Shown here in pieces: positions 1 through 9,780 of a stretch of 64,000 nucleotides of DNA (positions are counted from its first letter, which is position 1; every line of letters starts with the position of its first letter). Under the pieces are notes generated by a model that made no database searches, was not told the origin of the DNA, and worked only from the letters and a program-made list of their open reading frames with translations. Source of the DNA: a bacterium (GTDB lineage Bacteria > Zhuqueibacterota > Zhuqueibacteria > Oceanimicrobiales > Oceanimicrobiaceae); contig JBBIIG010000005.1 in NCBI GenBank assembly GCA_037446635.1, positions 32,001-96,000 on the forward strand, given 5' to 3'. Made by a program: the position numbers and the translations under genes.

Positions 1-1053
1 CGCATCCCGAAGGTGCCCTTTATCAACAAAATTGCCATCGGGCCGTCGAAGAGCAAGGTGGTGTTGGATGTTTACGTTTATCGAAAAGCACTGCGCATGT
101 TGGCCTCCGGCAAATATGATTTGCTCCACTCCCATGAAGAAGCCGGATTTTTCGCCACGCGACTTTCCCGAAAATTCAACACCCTGCATCTTTACGACAT
201 GCACTCGAGTCTGCCGCAGCAATTGTCGAATTTCAAATTCAGCAAATCAAAAATATTGATTGGCGTGTTTGAAAATTTAGAAGCGCGCACCATCAACGGC
301 GCCGACGCGGTGATTACGATTTGCCCGGAGTTGTATGCTTACGTCAAAGAGCGCTTCCCGCAAAAATTCAACCTGCTGATCGAAAACGTCGCCGACAACA
401 GTTTGGTTTTCGATTCTCACCTCGATGCGCAAGCGCTCCGTGAGCAACTGAAGACTAACGGCGAAGCCGTGGTTTTGTACGCTGGCACCTTCGAGCCGTA
501 TCAGGGTATTGATTTACTTATTCAGTCCAGTGTCAAAGTTATTGCGCATAACAAACATGTGCGTTTCGTTTTGGTGGGAGGAAAGCCGGAGCAAGTGAAT
601 CAATACAAAAAGATGGTCAATGAATTGAAGCTCGATGATCATTTCCTTTTCACCGGCTCGGTTCAGCCGCAGGAAGTGCCGGCATACATCGCTGCCTGCG
701 ATGTGCTGGTTTCGCCGCGCGTCTCGGGCAACAATACGCCGTTGAAAATCTATTCGTATTTGCGATCGGGCAAACCCATTGTCGCCACCAATCATATCAC
801 CCATACACAAGTTTTGAATGAAAATGTAGCGGTTCTCACCGATTGCGATCCGGCATCGTTCAGCGATGGCGTGCTGGCGGTGTTGAACGACGCCAATTAT
901 CGCACGCGCCTCGCCAGCAACGCGCAGCGGCTCGCTGAAGAAAAATACAGCTATGAAGCTTATTTGAGAAAAACCAAAACGGTGTATGAATTTTTGGAAA
1001 AGCAACTTTCTACTCGGAGGGCAACCAACTCATGTGCGGCATCTGCGGCTTGA
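1..1053 (+). CDS. Glycosyltransferase family 4, 5'-truncated by the window edge
   Basis: GT-B motifs (YAGTFEPYQGIDLL, DVLVSPR..TPLKIYSYLRSGKPIVAT); frame open from base 1. Confidence 0.9.
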   Translation, partial: RIPKVPFINKIAIGPSKSKVVLDVYVYRKALRMLASGKYDLLHSHEEAGFFATRLSRKFNTLHLYDMHSSLPQQLSNFKFSKSKILIGVFENLEARTINGADAVITICPELYAYVKERFPQKFNLLIENVADNSLVFDSHLDAQALREQLKTNGEAVVLYAGTFEPYQGIDLLIQSSVKVIAHNKHVRFVLVGGKPEQVNQYKKMVNELKLDDHFLFTGSVQPQEVPAYIAACDVLVSPRVSGNNTPLKIYSYLRSGKPIVATNHITHTQVLNENVAVLTDCDPASFSDGVLAVLNDANYRTRLASNAQRLAEEKYSYEAYLRKTKTVYEFLEKQLSTRRATNSCAASAA

Positions 1054-2969
1054 CTTATTTTGATCGCGAACGCATCGTTTCCGAATCTGCTATCAAACGC
1101 ATGTGCGATGCCATGACGCACCGCGGCCCGGATGACGAGGGGGTGCTCGCCAAACGCAACACCGGCATTGGCATGCGCCGACTCAGTATCATCGATCTCG
1201 CCACCGGCCACCAGCCGCTCTCCAATGAAGACGGCACGGTGTGGATCGTCTTCAACGGCGAAATTTACAATTACCTCGACGTGCGCGAGGAACTGATGAA
1301 ACGCGGCCACAAGTTTCGCACCAAGAGCGATACTGAAACCATCATCCACGCTTACGAAGAATACGGCGTCGATTGTCCGAAGAAGCTGAATGGCATGTTC
1401 GCGTTCGCAATTTGGGATCAGAAAAAGCAAACACTGTTCATCGCTCGCGACCGCCTCGGCATTAAGCCGATGTACTACTACTACGATGACGAAAAGCTGG
1501 TCTTTGCCTCCGAACTCAAAGCGCTTCTCGAAGTGAAGGAGGTGCCGCGACAAGTTGAGCTGCAGGCGCTCGATATGTTCCTGACATTCGAGTACATTCC
1601 CGCGCCCTACACGATTTTCCAAAACATCGCCAAGCTATCACCCGGGCATTGGCTGAAACTTGAAAATGGCAAAATCACCATCCGCCGCTATTGGGACGTG
1701 AAGTTCGACGAGCGCGAATATAAAGAAAAAGAAATCTGCGAGCAGCTCGTGGCGCTGCTGCAGGACGCGGTGAAAATTCGCTTGATGAGCGAAGTGCCGC
1801 TGGGTGCATTTTTGAGTGGTGGCATTGATTCGAGCACCGTCGTGGCGTTGATGAGCCGCGAGATGAATCGCCCCGTCAAAACGTTTTCCATCGGATTCAA
1901 AGAATCGAGCTACAACGAAATCAACTACGCCCGCATCGTCGCCAATCATTTCAAAACCGAGCATCAGGAATTTATCATCGAACCCAATGCGTTGGAGTTG
2001 GCGGAGAAGTTGATCTGGCATCTCGACGAGCCGTTCGGTGACTTTTCGATCTTTCCAACTTATCTGGTTTCAAAAATGGCGCGGCAGTATGTCACGGTCG
2101 CGCTCTCTGGCGATGGTGGCGACGAGCTGTTCGCCGGCTACGATACTTACATCGCCAACAAAGTCGCACGTGCCTATCGCCGGTTGCCGAGTTTTTTGCG
2201 CAAGGGCATGTTGGAACCGTGGATTGCCAAGCTGCCGCCGACTGAACAGAAAAAGGGGCTCGTCAATCGCGCGAAGCGATTTGTCGAAGGCACGCTCTTG
2301 CCGGAAAATTTAGAGCACACGCGCTGGATGATCTTTTTGCAGGAGATGGAGAAATCGCGGCTGTATGCGCCGGAAGTCCAATCCGAAATTCGTTACAGCG
2401 ACAGCTTCGAGTTCATCCGCAAATATTTCAATCAAACCCGCACCACGGATGAGCTCAATCGCCAAATGTACGTGGACATCAAAACTTATTTGGTGGACGA
2501 CATTTTGGTGAAGGTCGATCGCATGACCATGGCCGCGTCGCTTGAGGGCCGCGTGCCGTTTTTGGATTACCGCTTTGTAGAGCTGGTCGCCACCATTCCC
2601 AGCCGATTGAAATTGAAAGGCACGAACACCAAAGACATTTTGAAAAAAGCGATGAAAGACATTTTGCCGCCGCAGATTTTGAAGCGCGGCAAACAAGGCT
2701 TCAGCATTCCCATTAAAAATTGGCTGAAAGAAGATCTCAAAGGCCTGATGCTCGATGTGCTGAGTCCGCACAAAATCAAACAGCAGGGATTCTTCAATGC
2801 AGATTATGTGCAGCGGCTTACGCAAGAGCATTTGTCCGGCAAAGAAAACCACAGCCACCGCCTGTGGGCGATGATGGTGTTTGGCATCTGGCACGATATC
2901 TATTTGGGAAATCAAAACGGATCAGTTGAAAAGAGTTTCAAAACTTCCGGCGAGTTCGCAGCGGTTTGA
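1032..2969 (+). CDS. asnB: Asparagine synthase (glutamine-hydrolysing) family amidotransferase
   Basis: N-terminal MCGICG, HRGPDD, RRLSIIDL, FNGEIYN, LSGGIDSS, SGDGGDELFAGY; RBS GGAGG upstream. Confidence 0.95.
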   Translation: MCGICGLTYFDRERIVSESAIKRMCDAMTHRGPDDEGVLAKRNTGIGMRRLSIIDLATGHQPLSNEDGTVWIVFNGEIYNYLDVREELMKRGHKFRTKSDTETIIHAYEEYGVDCPKKLNGMFAFAIWDQKKQTLFIARDRLGIKPMYYYYDDEKLVFASELKALLEVKEVPRQVELQALDMFLTFEYIPAPYTIFQNIAKLSPGHWLKLENGKITIRRYWDVKFDEREYKEKEICEQLVALLQDAVKIRLMSEVPLGAFLSGGIDSSTVVALMSREMNRPVKTFSIGFKESSYNEINYARIVANHFKTEHQEFIIEPNALELAEKLIWHLDEPFGDFSIFPTYLVSKMARQYVTVALSGDGGDELFAGYDTYIANKVARAYRRLPSFLRKGMLEPWIAKLPPTEQKKGLVNRAKRFVEGTLLPENLEHTRWMIFLQEMEKSRLYAPEVQSEIRYSDSFEFIRKYFNQTRTTDELNRQMYVDIKTYLVDDILVKVDRMTMAASLEGRVPFLDYRFVELVATIPSRLKLKGTNTKDILKKAMKDILPPQILKRGKQGFSIPIKNWLKEDLKGLMLDVLSPHKIKQQGFFNADYVQRLTQEHLSGKENHSHRLWAMMVFGIWHDIYLGNQNGSVEKSFKTSGEFAAV

Positions 2970-2975
2970 AGAAAT

Positions 2976-3124
2976 AAGTTCCCTCCTTTGGAAAAGGAGG
3001 GACAGGGAGGATTGGTTTTTGTAGGATGGTCGTACTAATGAATCCCCCTTCCGCGAAGCCTGCCTGCGCAGGCAGGCGGATCCGCTTTGGCGGAAAATCC
3101 CCCTCTTTCAAAGGGGGACTTTTA
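2976..3124. repeat. Composite CCCCT/AGGGG hairpin element with two nested mini-palindromes
   Basis: TCCCTCCTTT-GG-AAAAGGAGGGA left arm; right arm AATCCCCCT[TCCGCGAAG[CCTGCCTGCGCAGGCAGG]CGGATCCGCTTTGGCGGA]AAATCCCCCTCTTTCAAAGGGGGACTTT. Confidence 0.85.
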
Positions 3125-3192
3125 GTCCCGAATGGTGACGTTTGCATTTTTCAATTTTCACTTTGCATTATGACTACACAATTTGAGGAGAA

Positions 3193-4002
3193 ATGGAATT
3201 GACTGAGGCTGAAGAAATTGTAGAATCAAAGCCAGAATTGAACGACCCGCTGCTTGAAAAAATCCGCCGCTACTGGAACTCCCACATCCATGATCTCGAA
3301 TTAGCAAAGCACCCTGTTGGCAGCAAGGGATTTTTCGAGGATCTCAATGAGTACCGTTTCGACAAATTGCGCTACCTGCCCAAGGTCGTCGATTTCAATG
3401 GCTACAAAGGAAAGAAGCTGCTGGAAGTCGGATGTGGCGTCGGCATCGATGCGGTGCGATTCGCCCGCGGCGGCGCAATCGTTACCGGAGTGGATTTGTC
3501 TGAAACGGCCATCGAACTGGCGAAGAAGAATTTTTCGCACAATGAATTAGCTGGCGACTTCCGCGTGGGCAATGGCGAGGCGCTGGAATTCGCCGACAAT
3601 TCTTTTGATGTGGTTTACGCCCACGGCGTTATTCAATACACCGCCAACGCGCAGAAATTAGTGGACGAACTGCGCCGCGTCGTCAAGCCCGGCGGCGAGG
3701 TGATCATGATGGTGTACAACCGTCATTCGTGGCTCAACTTTCTTTCGGTGACGATGGGGGTCGGTCTCGAACATCAGGATGCGCCGGTGTTGAAGAAATA
3801 CACCATCGCGGAATTTCGAGAGTTGCTTGCTAATTTCTCACAAGTCAAAATTATCCCGGAGCGGTTTCCGGTAAAATCGCGTCTGCAAAAGGGCGCGAAA
3901 GCCGCGTTCTTTAACTACTTTTTTGTGCCTGCTTTCAATTTGATTCCGAGATTTTTGACGCGTAATAGCGGCTGGCACATCATGGCTTTTGCGTATAAGT
4001 AA
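3193..4002 (+). CDS. Class I SAM-dependent methyltransferase
   Basis: LLEVGCGVG motif I, GVDLS, FADNSFDVVY, VKPGG. Confidence 0.92.
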   Translation: MELTEAEEIVESKPELNDPLLEKIRRYWNSHIHDLELAKHPVGSKGFFEDLNEYRFDKLRYLPKVVDFNGYKGKKLLEVGCGVGIDAVRFARGGAIVTGVDLSETAIELAKKNFSHNELAGDFRVGNGEALEFADNSFDVVYAHGVIQYTANAQKLVDELRRVVKPGGEVIMMVYNRHSWLNFLSVTMGVGLEHQDAPVLKKYTIAEFRELLANFSQVKIIPERFPVKSRLQKGAKAAFFNYFFVPAFNLIPRFLTRNSGWHIMAFAYK

Positions 4003-4017
4003 GTCATCAATATTGAT

Positions 4018-4110
4018 AAACCGCAGCGAACGCAGAGTGAAATCCTTTTGGAAAAAATGTGATCTCCAGAATTTGGTTTTCTCTGCGCTCTCCGCGTCCT
4101 CTGCGGTTAA
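4018..4110. repeat. AACCGC...GCGGTT inverted-repeat element with ~9-nt periodic arms
   Basis: AACCGCAGCGAACGCAGAG ... CTCTGCGCTCTCCGCGTCCTCTGCGGTT. Confidence 0.8.
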
Positions 4111-4132
4111 ATTTTCTGGACAAACGATCTAA

Positions 4133-5806
4133 ATGAAACGAGACCTGACGGAGTTAGCAAAGGGGGAGTTCGATGTAATTGTCATTGGCGGAGGAATATA
4201 CGGAGTGTGTACAGCGTGGGACGCCGCGCTGCGCGGGCTCACCGTCGCGCTGATCGAGAAAAGTGATTTCGGCAGCGCGACTTCTTCCAACAGTTTAAAA
4301 ATTATTCACGGCGGATTGCGCTATCTGCAGCATGCGGATTTCAAGCGCATGCGCGAGTCGATTGTCGAGCGCAGTCACCTCATGCGCATCGCGCCGCACC
4401 TCGTGCATCCACTGCCCTGTGTCATGCCCACCTACGGCCATGCCCTCAAAAGCAAGGAAGTGATGGCCGTCGCACTGCTCATCAATGATATTATCGGCTT
4501 CGACCGCAACCGCATCGCCCGTTCGCAGCACATTCCCAACGGTCGCGTCATTTCCAAAAAAGAAATTCTCGATATTGTGCCCGGTCTCGATGAAAAAGGA
4601 CTCACCGGCGGCGCGCTGTGGTACGATGGTCAAGTCTCCAATTCCGAGCGGATGCTGTTATCGATTTTGCATTCGGCGGTGGCGGCCGGAGCCGTGGTTG
4701 CCAATTATGTTGAGTTGACGGGACTTCAAAGAAATGGCGATCGTGTTACGGGCGTTAAAGTGCGTGACACGATGAGCGGCGATGAATTGGTCATTCACTC
4801 GAAGCTTGTCATCAACAACAGCGGACCATGGGTGAATTCGATTTTGCAGAATCTGAACGGCCGCCATGTCCAGTTCAAAATCGGATTGTCGGCGGCGATG
4901 AATTTGGTGGTGAAGAGAAAAATTTTTCCGGAATATGCGGTTGGTCTTTGGAGCAAAAAGCAGTTCAAAGACGACGATGCCGTGCTGAGCAAAGGTGGGC
5001 GATTGTTTTTCATCACCCCGTGGAAAGATTATTCGCTGGTCGGCACCACGCACGTTCATTACGAAGGCATCCCCGGCGATTTCAAAATTCGCGAAAGCGA
5101 CATCATCAATTTTATGAATGAAGTGAACGACGCTTATCCGCCGGCCAATCTCAAACGCGAAGAGGTGTCATTTTTCTACGGCGGGCTGCTGCCGTCTGAT
5201 GGTGTCAATCCCCAAACCGGCGATATCAAGTTGCTAAAGAGCTATCGCATCGTCGATCACAAAATCGAAAACGATCTCGATGGGATGATCTCCATTTACG
5301 GTGTCAAATACACCACCGCCCGCGACGTGGCGGAAAAAACAGTGGATTATGTTTTTAAGAAACTCGGAAAGACCGCGCCCGTCTGCCAAACTTCCTCGCG
5401 GCCGGTTTATGGTGGCAATGTCGAAAACTACGAGGAATTTTTGCTTAACGAAAAACGCAAGTCATCAAAGTTAAGTATGGATGTGATCGAATATTTGATC
5501 AGTAATCACGGATCGGCGTATGGCAAAATCGTGCGCTATGCAGAAGAGAATCCTGAATTGGCGGAGCGAGTTCATTCTTCTTTCAAAACGATCAGGGCTG
5601 AAGTCATCTACGCGGTGCGCGATGAGATGGCGCTGAAGTTGGCGGACGTCGTCCGTCGCCGCACCGAATTGGGCAGCGCCGAATGTCCTCCGGATGCCGC
5701 GCTGAAAACCTGCGCGCAATTGATGGCCGCGGAGTTGGGATGGGATGCGAAGAGAATTGAAAAAGAAATTGAAGAGGCGAAAGCGATTTATGTCCCGGCG
5801 CAGTAG
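4133..5806 (+). CDS. FAD-dependent glycerol-3-phosphate dehydrogenase/oxidase family protein
   Basis: IGGGIYG FAD motif, DFGSATSSNSLKIIHGGLRYL, KYTTAR, C-terminal AEVIYAVRDEMA..DVVRRRTELG. Confidence 0.9.
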   Translation: MKRDLTELAKGEFDVIVIGGGIYGVCTAWDAALRGLTVALIEKSDFGSATSSNSLKIIHGGLRYLQHADFKRMRESIVERSHLMRIAPHLVHPLPCVMPTYGHALKSKEVMAVALLINDIIGFDRNRIARSQHIPNGRVISKKEILDIVPGLDEKGLTGGALWYDGQVSNSERMLLSILHSAVAAGAVVANYVELTGLQRNGDRVTGVKVRDTMSGDELVIHSKLVINNSGPWVNSILQNLNGRHVQFKIGLSAAMNLVVKRKIFPEYAVGLWSKKQFKDDDAVLSKGGRLFFITPWKDYSLVGTTHVHYEGIPGDFKIRESDIINFMNEVNDAYPPANLKREEVSFFYGGLLPSDGVNPQTGDIKLLKSYRIVDHKIENDLDGMISIYGVKYTTARDVAEKTVDYVFKKLGKTAPVCQTSSRPVYGGNVENYEEFLLNEKRKSSKLSMDVIEYLISNHGSAYGKIVRYAEENPELAERVHSSFKTIRAEVIYAVRDEMALKLADVVRRRTELGSAECPPDAALKTCAQLMAAELGWDAKRIEKEIEEAKAIYVPAQ

Positions 5807-5816
5807 TAAGAATTTT

Positions 5817-5917
5817 GTCATTTCGAACGCCGCCGTATTTTGGTGGCGTGAGAAATCTGACGACGCAGACACGTTCAAAGAAAAGCTGACCGCTGAAAAG
5901 CTGATAGCTGACAGCTT
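5817..5917. repeat. Half GTCAT-type palindromic element followed by AGCTGA heptamer repeats
   Basis: GTCATTTCGAACGCCGCCGTATTTTGGTGGCGTGAGAAATCTG; AAGCTGACCGCTGAAAAGCTGATAGCTGACAGCT. Confidence 0.75.
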
Positions 5918-5950
5918 GAACCCAATGAATTAGACAAGACATTCGTTCAC

Positions 5951-6961
5951 ATGAAATCATCGAAACCAAACGCATTAAAACCTCGCGCCTTCGTCACCGG
6001 CGGCAGCGGCTTCACTGGCGGGCACCTCTGTCGAATGCTAGTTGAACAGGGTTACACCGTCACCGCGCTGGCTCGCGCATCTAGCAAAGTCGATCATCTG
6101 AAAGCATTGGGGATACAAATCGCCACTGGCGACCTTTCGACTTCGTTTTCTCTAAACGGCGTGCTGGAAAACATCGACGTGGTTTTTCATGTCGGCGCGG
6201 CGTATCGGCAGGAGGGGGTGCCCAAAGAATATTTTTGGAAAGTGAACGTCGATGGCACGCGCACGTTGTTGGAGCAGGCGCGCGATGCCGGCGTGAAGCG
6301 ATTCGTTCATTGCAGCACGGTGGGCGTGCAGGGCGAGATCAAAAATCCACCGGCGAAAGAGACCGATCCCTACAATCCCGGCGATCACTATCAAGAATCG
6401 AAAGTGGAAGGAGAGAAGCTGGCGTTGGGATTTTTCGAGCGCTACAAAATGGAAGGCGTGATCGTGCGCCCTGTTGGCATTTATGGTCCGGGCGATACTC
6501 GCTTCTTGAAATTGTTCAAGCATATCAACAACGGCACATTTCGCATGATCGGCACCGGCGAAGTTTTGTATCACCTAACTTTTGTCGAAGATTTAGTGCG
6601 CGGAATTATTTTAGCCGGCGAAAAACCCGAAGCCGTCGGCCACATTTACGCCATCGGCGGAGATGAATATTTGACGCTGAAAGAACTGGTGGCACTGATC
6701 GCCGAAGTGCTGGGCAAGCCGGCGCCGAAGAAACGCGTGCCGCTCGGACCCGTGTATGCCGCCGCAGCGTTGTGCGAAGTCATCTGCCGGCCGCTGGGCA
6801 TCGAGCCGCCGCTCTATCGCCGGCGCTTGGATTTTTTCACCAAAGATCGCGCATTTGATATTTCGAAAGCAAAAAAGGAACTAGGCTACCATCCTCAGGT
6901 GCCACTGCGCGAGGGTTTGGCGAGAACAGCGAAGTGGTATAAAGAGCAAGGATGGATTTGA
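5951..6961 (+). CDS. NAD-dependent epimerase/dehydratase (extended SDR)
   Basis: TGGSGFTG, YQESK (YxxxK), IYGPGD. Confidence 0.92.
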   Translation: MKSSKPNALKPRAFVTGGSGFTGGHLCRMLVEQGYTVTALARASSKVDHLKALGIQIATGDLSTSFSLNGVLENIDVVFHVGAAYRQEGVPKEYFWKVNVDGTRTLLEQARDAGVKRFVHCSTVGVQGEIKNPPAKETDPYNPGDHYQESKVEGEKLALGFFERYKMEGVIVRPVGIYGPGDTRFLKLFKHINNGTFRMIGTGEVLYHLTFVEDLVRGIILAGEKPEAVGHIYAIGGDEYLTLKELVALIAEVLGKPAPKKRVPLGPVYAAAALCEVICRPLGIEPPLYRRRLDFFTKDRAFDISKAKKELGYHPQVPLREGLARTAKWYKEQGWI

Positions 6962-6971
6962 CAAGCAAAAA

Positions 6972-7289
6972 TGCCAGGCACCTTCAAGGTGCCTGGCACT
7001 TCAGTGATACAGGCAGGCGAATCCCGACGCTTTTCCGCGAAGCGGATCGGCTCTGCCGATTGTCGGGTGAGGAATCTGACGAAGAATGGATCGCAGAGAT
7101 TAAATGAGAACTGAGCGATTCGCCAAGTCTATTCTCCGACAGATTCCTCGACTCCGCTGCGCTCCGCTCGGAACGACGCGTTGAATCGAATGTTCGAACA
7201 TCGAACAAGGAACTTTTGAATTTCGAACATGCAAAAAGCTGACAGCTGAACTTAAAAAGTGCCAGGCACCTTCGAGGTGCCTGGCACTT
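6972..7289. repeat. Composite repeat: two GTGCCAGGCACCT hairpins enclosing a nested GTCAT-type element and heptamer repeats
   Basis: TGCCAGGCACCT-TCA-AGGTGCCTGGCA (6972-6998) and AAGTGCCAGGCACCT-TCG-AGGTGCCTGGCACTT (7257-7289); 7010-7085 matches the reverse complement of 9346-9421 at 75/76 nt. Confidence 0.85.
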
Positions 7290-7303
7290 AAAGTGAGTCA
7301 CCA

Positions 7304-9145
7304 ATGAAAAAGCTAATCAAAACCTCGTTCCGCCTCATCATCAGCGCCTCGCTGATAGTCTTTCTCGTGAGCAAAACCAATCTCACGGAAATCTGGCAAT
7401 CTGCGAAGTCCGCGGACGCGCTGCTGATTGCGCTGGCGTTCCTGCTGCACGGCATCGGCTATTTTTCAAGCTCATGGCGCTGGCAAATTCTCCTCCGCGC
7501 GCAGGGCTTCGACGTGCCCGTGATGTACCTCGTGCGCTCGTACGCCGTGGCCATGTTCTTCAACAACCTGCTGCCGTCCACCATCGGCGGCGACGGCTAC
7601 CGCGCGTACGACACCGCCAAGTGCAACATCCCGCCGCTGAAAGCGCTGGCCAGCGTCATCGTCGAGCGCTTCCTCGGCATGTTCGGGCTGATGATTTTCG
7701 CGGTGGTGGCGCTGGCGGTCGCTACCGAGCTCACTACACAAATCGAAAACATCTGGATGTGGTCGCTGCTGACGTTCGGCCTGATGATCGCCGCCGTGTA
7801 CCTGATTTTCTTTCACAGCGGCAAAGTGCCGTGGCTGCGTCGCATTTTGAATCTCCCCGGCCTGGCGATGGTCAACAAGCAGCTTATGAAAATCACCGAG
7901 TCGTTTGCACCGTTCCGCGGCAAAACCCGCGCGCTCACGTGGTCGATGGTTCTGTCGCTGGTGCTGCAATTCAACGTGATTCTGCATTACTACCTGATTT
8001 CCGAAGCCCTCGGCCTGCACATCCCGCTGGTGAAATTTCTGGTGATCATCCCGCTCGCCACGTTCGTGCAGATGGCGCCGGTCTCCATCAACGGCATCGG
8101 CATTCGCGAATCGTTCTACGTTTTCTTTCTCTCAAAAATTTACGGCGCGCCCATTGCCGCCAGTCTGGCGTTCTCGTGGATCGCCTACGGCATGGTGGTG
8201 CTGCTCGGCGTGCTCGGCGGAATCATTTATATGTTTCGCAAAGACGCGGCGCCCGCGTCGATTACTTCAGACTCATTGAAAACCGCTCCCGACGCGTCGG
8301 GACAGGAGGCAACTATGGCTAACAACAATCGGCAAAGCCGATCCGCTCAGGCGGACAAGCATCAAATCATGGACACGCAGAAGGATTTGTTCGACGCGAA
8401 AAAGTCGAAGTCCAAAAAGTATCAGGAAATTTTCATTGGCGAGCCCGGCCTGTGGAAGATGATCAAGTACGAACTCGTCACCACGTTTTTTAGCTGGGTG
8501 CCGGGCGCGTTCGGGATTTTGCTGCGTTCGATTTTTTACCCGATGATTTTGGGAAAGGTGGGGCGCGGCGTGGCGTTCGGCGCCAACGTCGCCATCCGCC
8601 ATCCCGGTAAAATTTGCATCGGCGACAATGTGGTGATTGACGACAACTGCGTGCTCGACGCCAAAGGCCAGAGCAACACCGGCATCACTATTGGCAATGG
8701 CGTGTTCATTGGCCGCGGCACGATTCTGACCTGCCACAACGGCGACATCATTTTGGAAGACAACGTCAACATCGGCTTCAACTGCGTGATTTCCTCGCTC
8801 AGCAAAATCGTCATCAAGAAGAATCATTTGATGGCGGCGTTCTGCTATCTCGTCGGCGGCGATCACGACAGCGACCGCACCGACATTCCCGTGCTGTTTC
8901 AGGGCCGCTCCTCGAAAGGCATTACCATCGAAGAGAATGTTTGGCTTGGCGCCGCGGTGGCCGTGCTCGATGGCACCACCGTTGGCCGCGACAGCATCAT
9001 TGGCGCGCACGCGGTGGTGAACAAAAATGTGCCCGAGTTTGCCATTGCCGCCGGCGTGCCCGCGAAGTTTTTGTGGGATCGGCGGAAGGGGAAGGAACAT
9101 AATGAGATTTTAAAGGGAGAGAATGTTGCGCAGCCGGCTAAGTAG
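7304..9145 (+). CDS. Fused ORF: lysylphosphatidylglycerol-synthase-TM (flippase-like) membrane domain + hexapeptide-repeat acyltransferase; the latter has its own RBS and ATG at 8315
   Basis: SWRWQILL, FFNNLLPSTIGGD.YR, PVSINGIGIRE in the N-half; left-handed beta-helix repeats (IGDNVVIDDN, IEENVWLGA, GVPAK) in the C-half; AGGAGG at 8304-8309. Confidence 0.85.
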   Translation: MKKLIKTSFRLIISASLIVFLVSKTNLTEIWQSAKSADALLIALAFLLHGIGYFSSSWRWQILLRAQGFDVPVMYLVRSYAVAMFFNNLLPSTIGGDGYRAYDTAKCNIPPLKALASVIVERFLGMFGLMIFAVVALAVATELTTQIENIWMWSLLTFGLMIAAVYLIFFHSGKVPWLRRILNLPGLAMVNKQLMKITESFAPFRGKTRALTWSMVLSLVLQFNVILHYYLISEALGLHIPLVKFLVIIPLATFVQMAPVSINGIGIRESFYVFFLSKIYGAPIAASLAFSWIAYGMVVLLGVLGGIIYMFRKDAAPASITSDSLKTAPDASGQEATMANNNRQSRSAQADKHQIMDTQKDLFDAKKSKSKKYQEIFIGEPGLWKMIKYELVTTFFSWVPGAFGILLRSIFYPMILGKVGRGVAFGANVAIRHPGKICIGDNVVIDDNCVLDAKGQSNTGITIGNGVFIGRGTILTCHNGDIILEDNVNIGFNCVISSLSKIVIKKNHLMAAFCYLVGGDHDSDRTDIPVLFQGRSSKGITIEENVWLGAAVAVLDGTTVGRDSIIGAHAVVNKNVPEFAIAAGVPAKFLWDRRKGKEHNEILKGENVAQPAK

Positions 9146-9162
9146 GTGGGCGGTTTTGCCTC

Positions 9163-9440
9163 TGTCATTCCCGCATGCTTTTAGCGGGAATCCATTTGAC
9201 GAGAATGCTGGATGCCCGATTGAAGCATTCGGGCATGACAACGAAAATTATCGAATTGTCATTTCGAAGCTGAGCGCAGCGAAGTGAGAAATCTGACGGA
9301 GAATAGATGTCGCGAATCTGGTCGGAGTTAATTTGAAAGATCGGCTCTTCGCCAGATTCCTCACCCGACAATCGGCAGAGCCGATCCGCTTCGCGGAAAA
9401 GCGTCGGGATTCGCCTGCCTGCCGCAGGTAGGGAATGACA
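9163..9440. repeat. Two tandem GTCAT...ATGAC palindromic elements, the second with nested mini-palindromes
   Basis: TGTCATTCCCGC..GCGGGAATCCA/TGGATGCCCG..CGGGCATGACA (9163-9240); TGTCATTTCG..GAGAAATCTG/CAGATTCCTC..GAATGACA (9257-9440). Confidence 0.85.
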
Positions 9441-9474
9441 AAATTCGAGATTTTATTTGAACTTGGAGCACTAA

Positions 9475-9780
9475 ATGATTTTCGGCATCACACATCACGA
9501 TAAAAATCGACACGTCAACAAAGAAGCATTTTTGAATTTGGCGCCGGCGCGGTTGGCTGGCAAAGCGGTGAACAGTCTCATCCAGCAAAACATCGCGCTG
9601 GGAACATCCGAGATGAACGTCCCTACTATTGATGATGGCGTGGGACTCGCCATCGATGAGATAGATAAAGATCCTACACTGTTTGCAACGGTGTATTTGG
9701 ATTGTTCGAATGAAAACACAGTCAGAGACTGTGTGTTGGATCTGAATTGGATACGATTTTATTTGAACTTGGAGCACTGA
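9475..9780 (+). pseudogene. Truncated duplicate of the first 59 codons of the downstream asparagine-synthase-like gene
   Basis: 9449-9650 is a ~90% identical direct repeat of 9755-9956, including the RBS region. Confidence 0.9.
9714..9742. repeat. AACACAGTC-AGA-GACTGTGT hairpin element (second copy at 38794-38820)
   Basis: Reverse complement matches 38794-38820 apart from a 2-nt indel. Confidence 0.75.

Noticed and set aside
6984..7304. Short ORFs over repeat clusters (also 2938-3147, 12708-13019, 20221-20562, 35685-35873)
   Set aside because: Translations of palindromic repeat DNA with no RBS or domain support.
9163..9440. tRNA/ncRNA or simple terminators for the GTCAT-type hairpins
   Set aside because: No cloverleaf or T-loop, no poly-U tails; they lie within a co-directional operon and recur as a family. 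An RNA-level role is not excluded.
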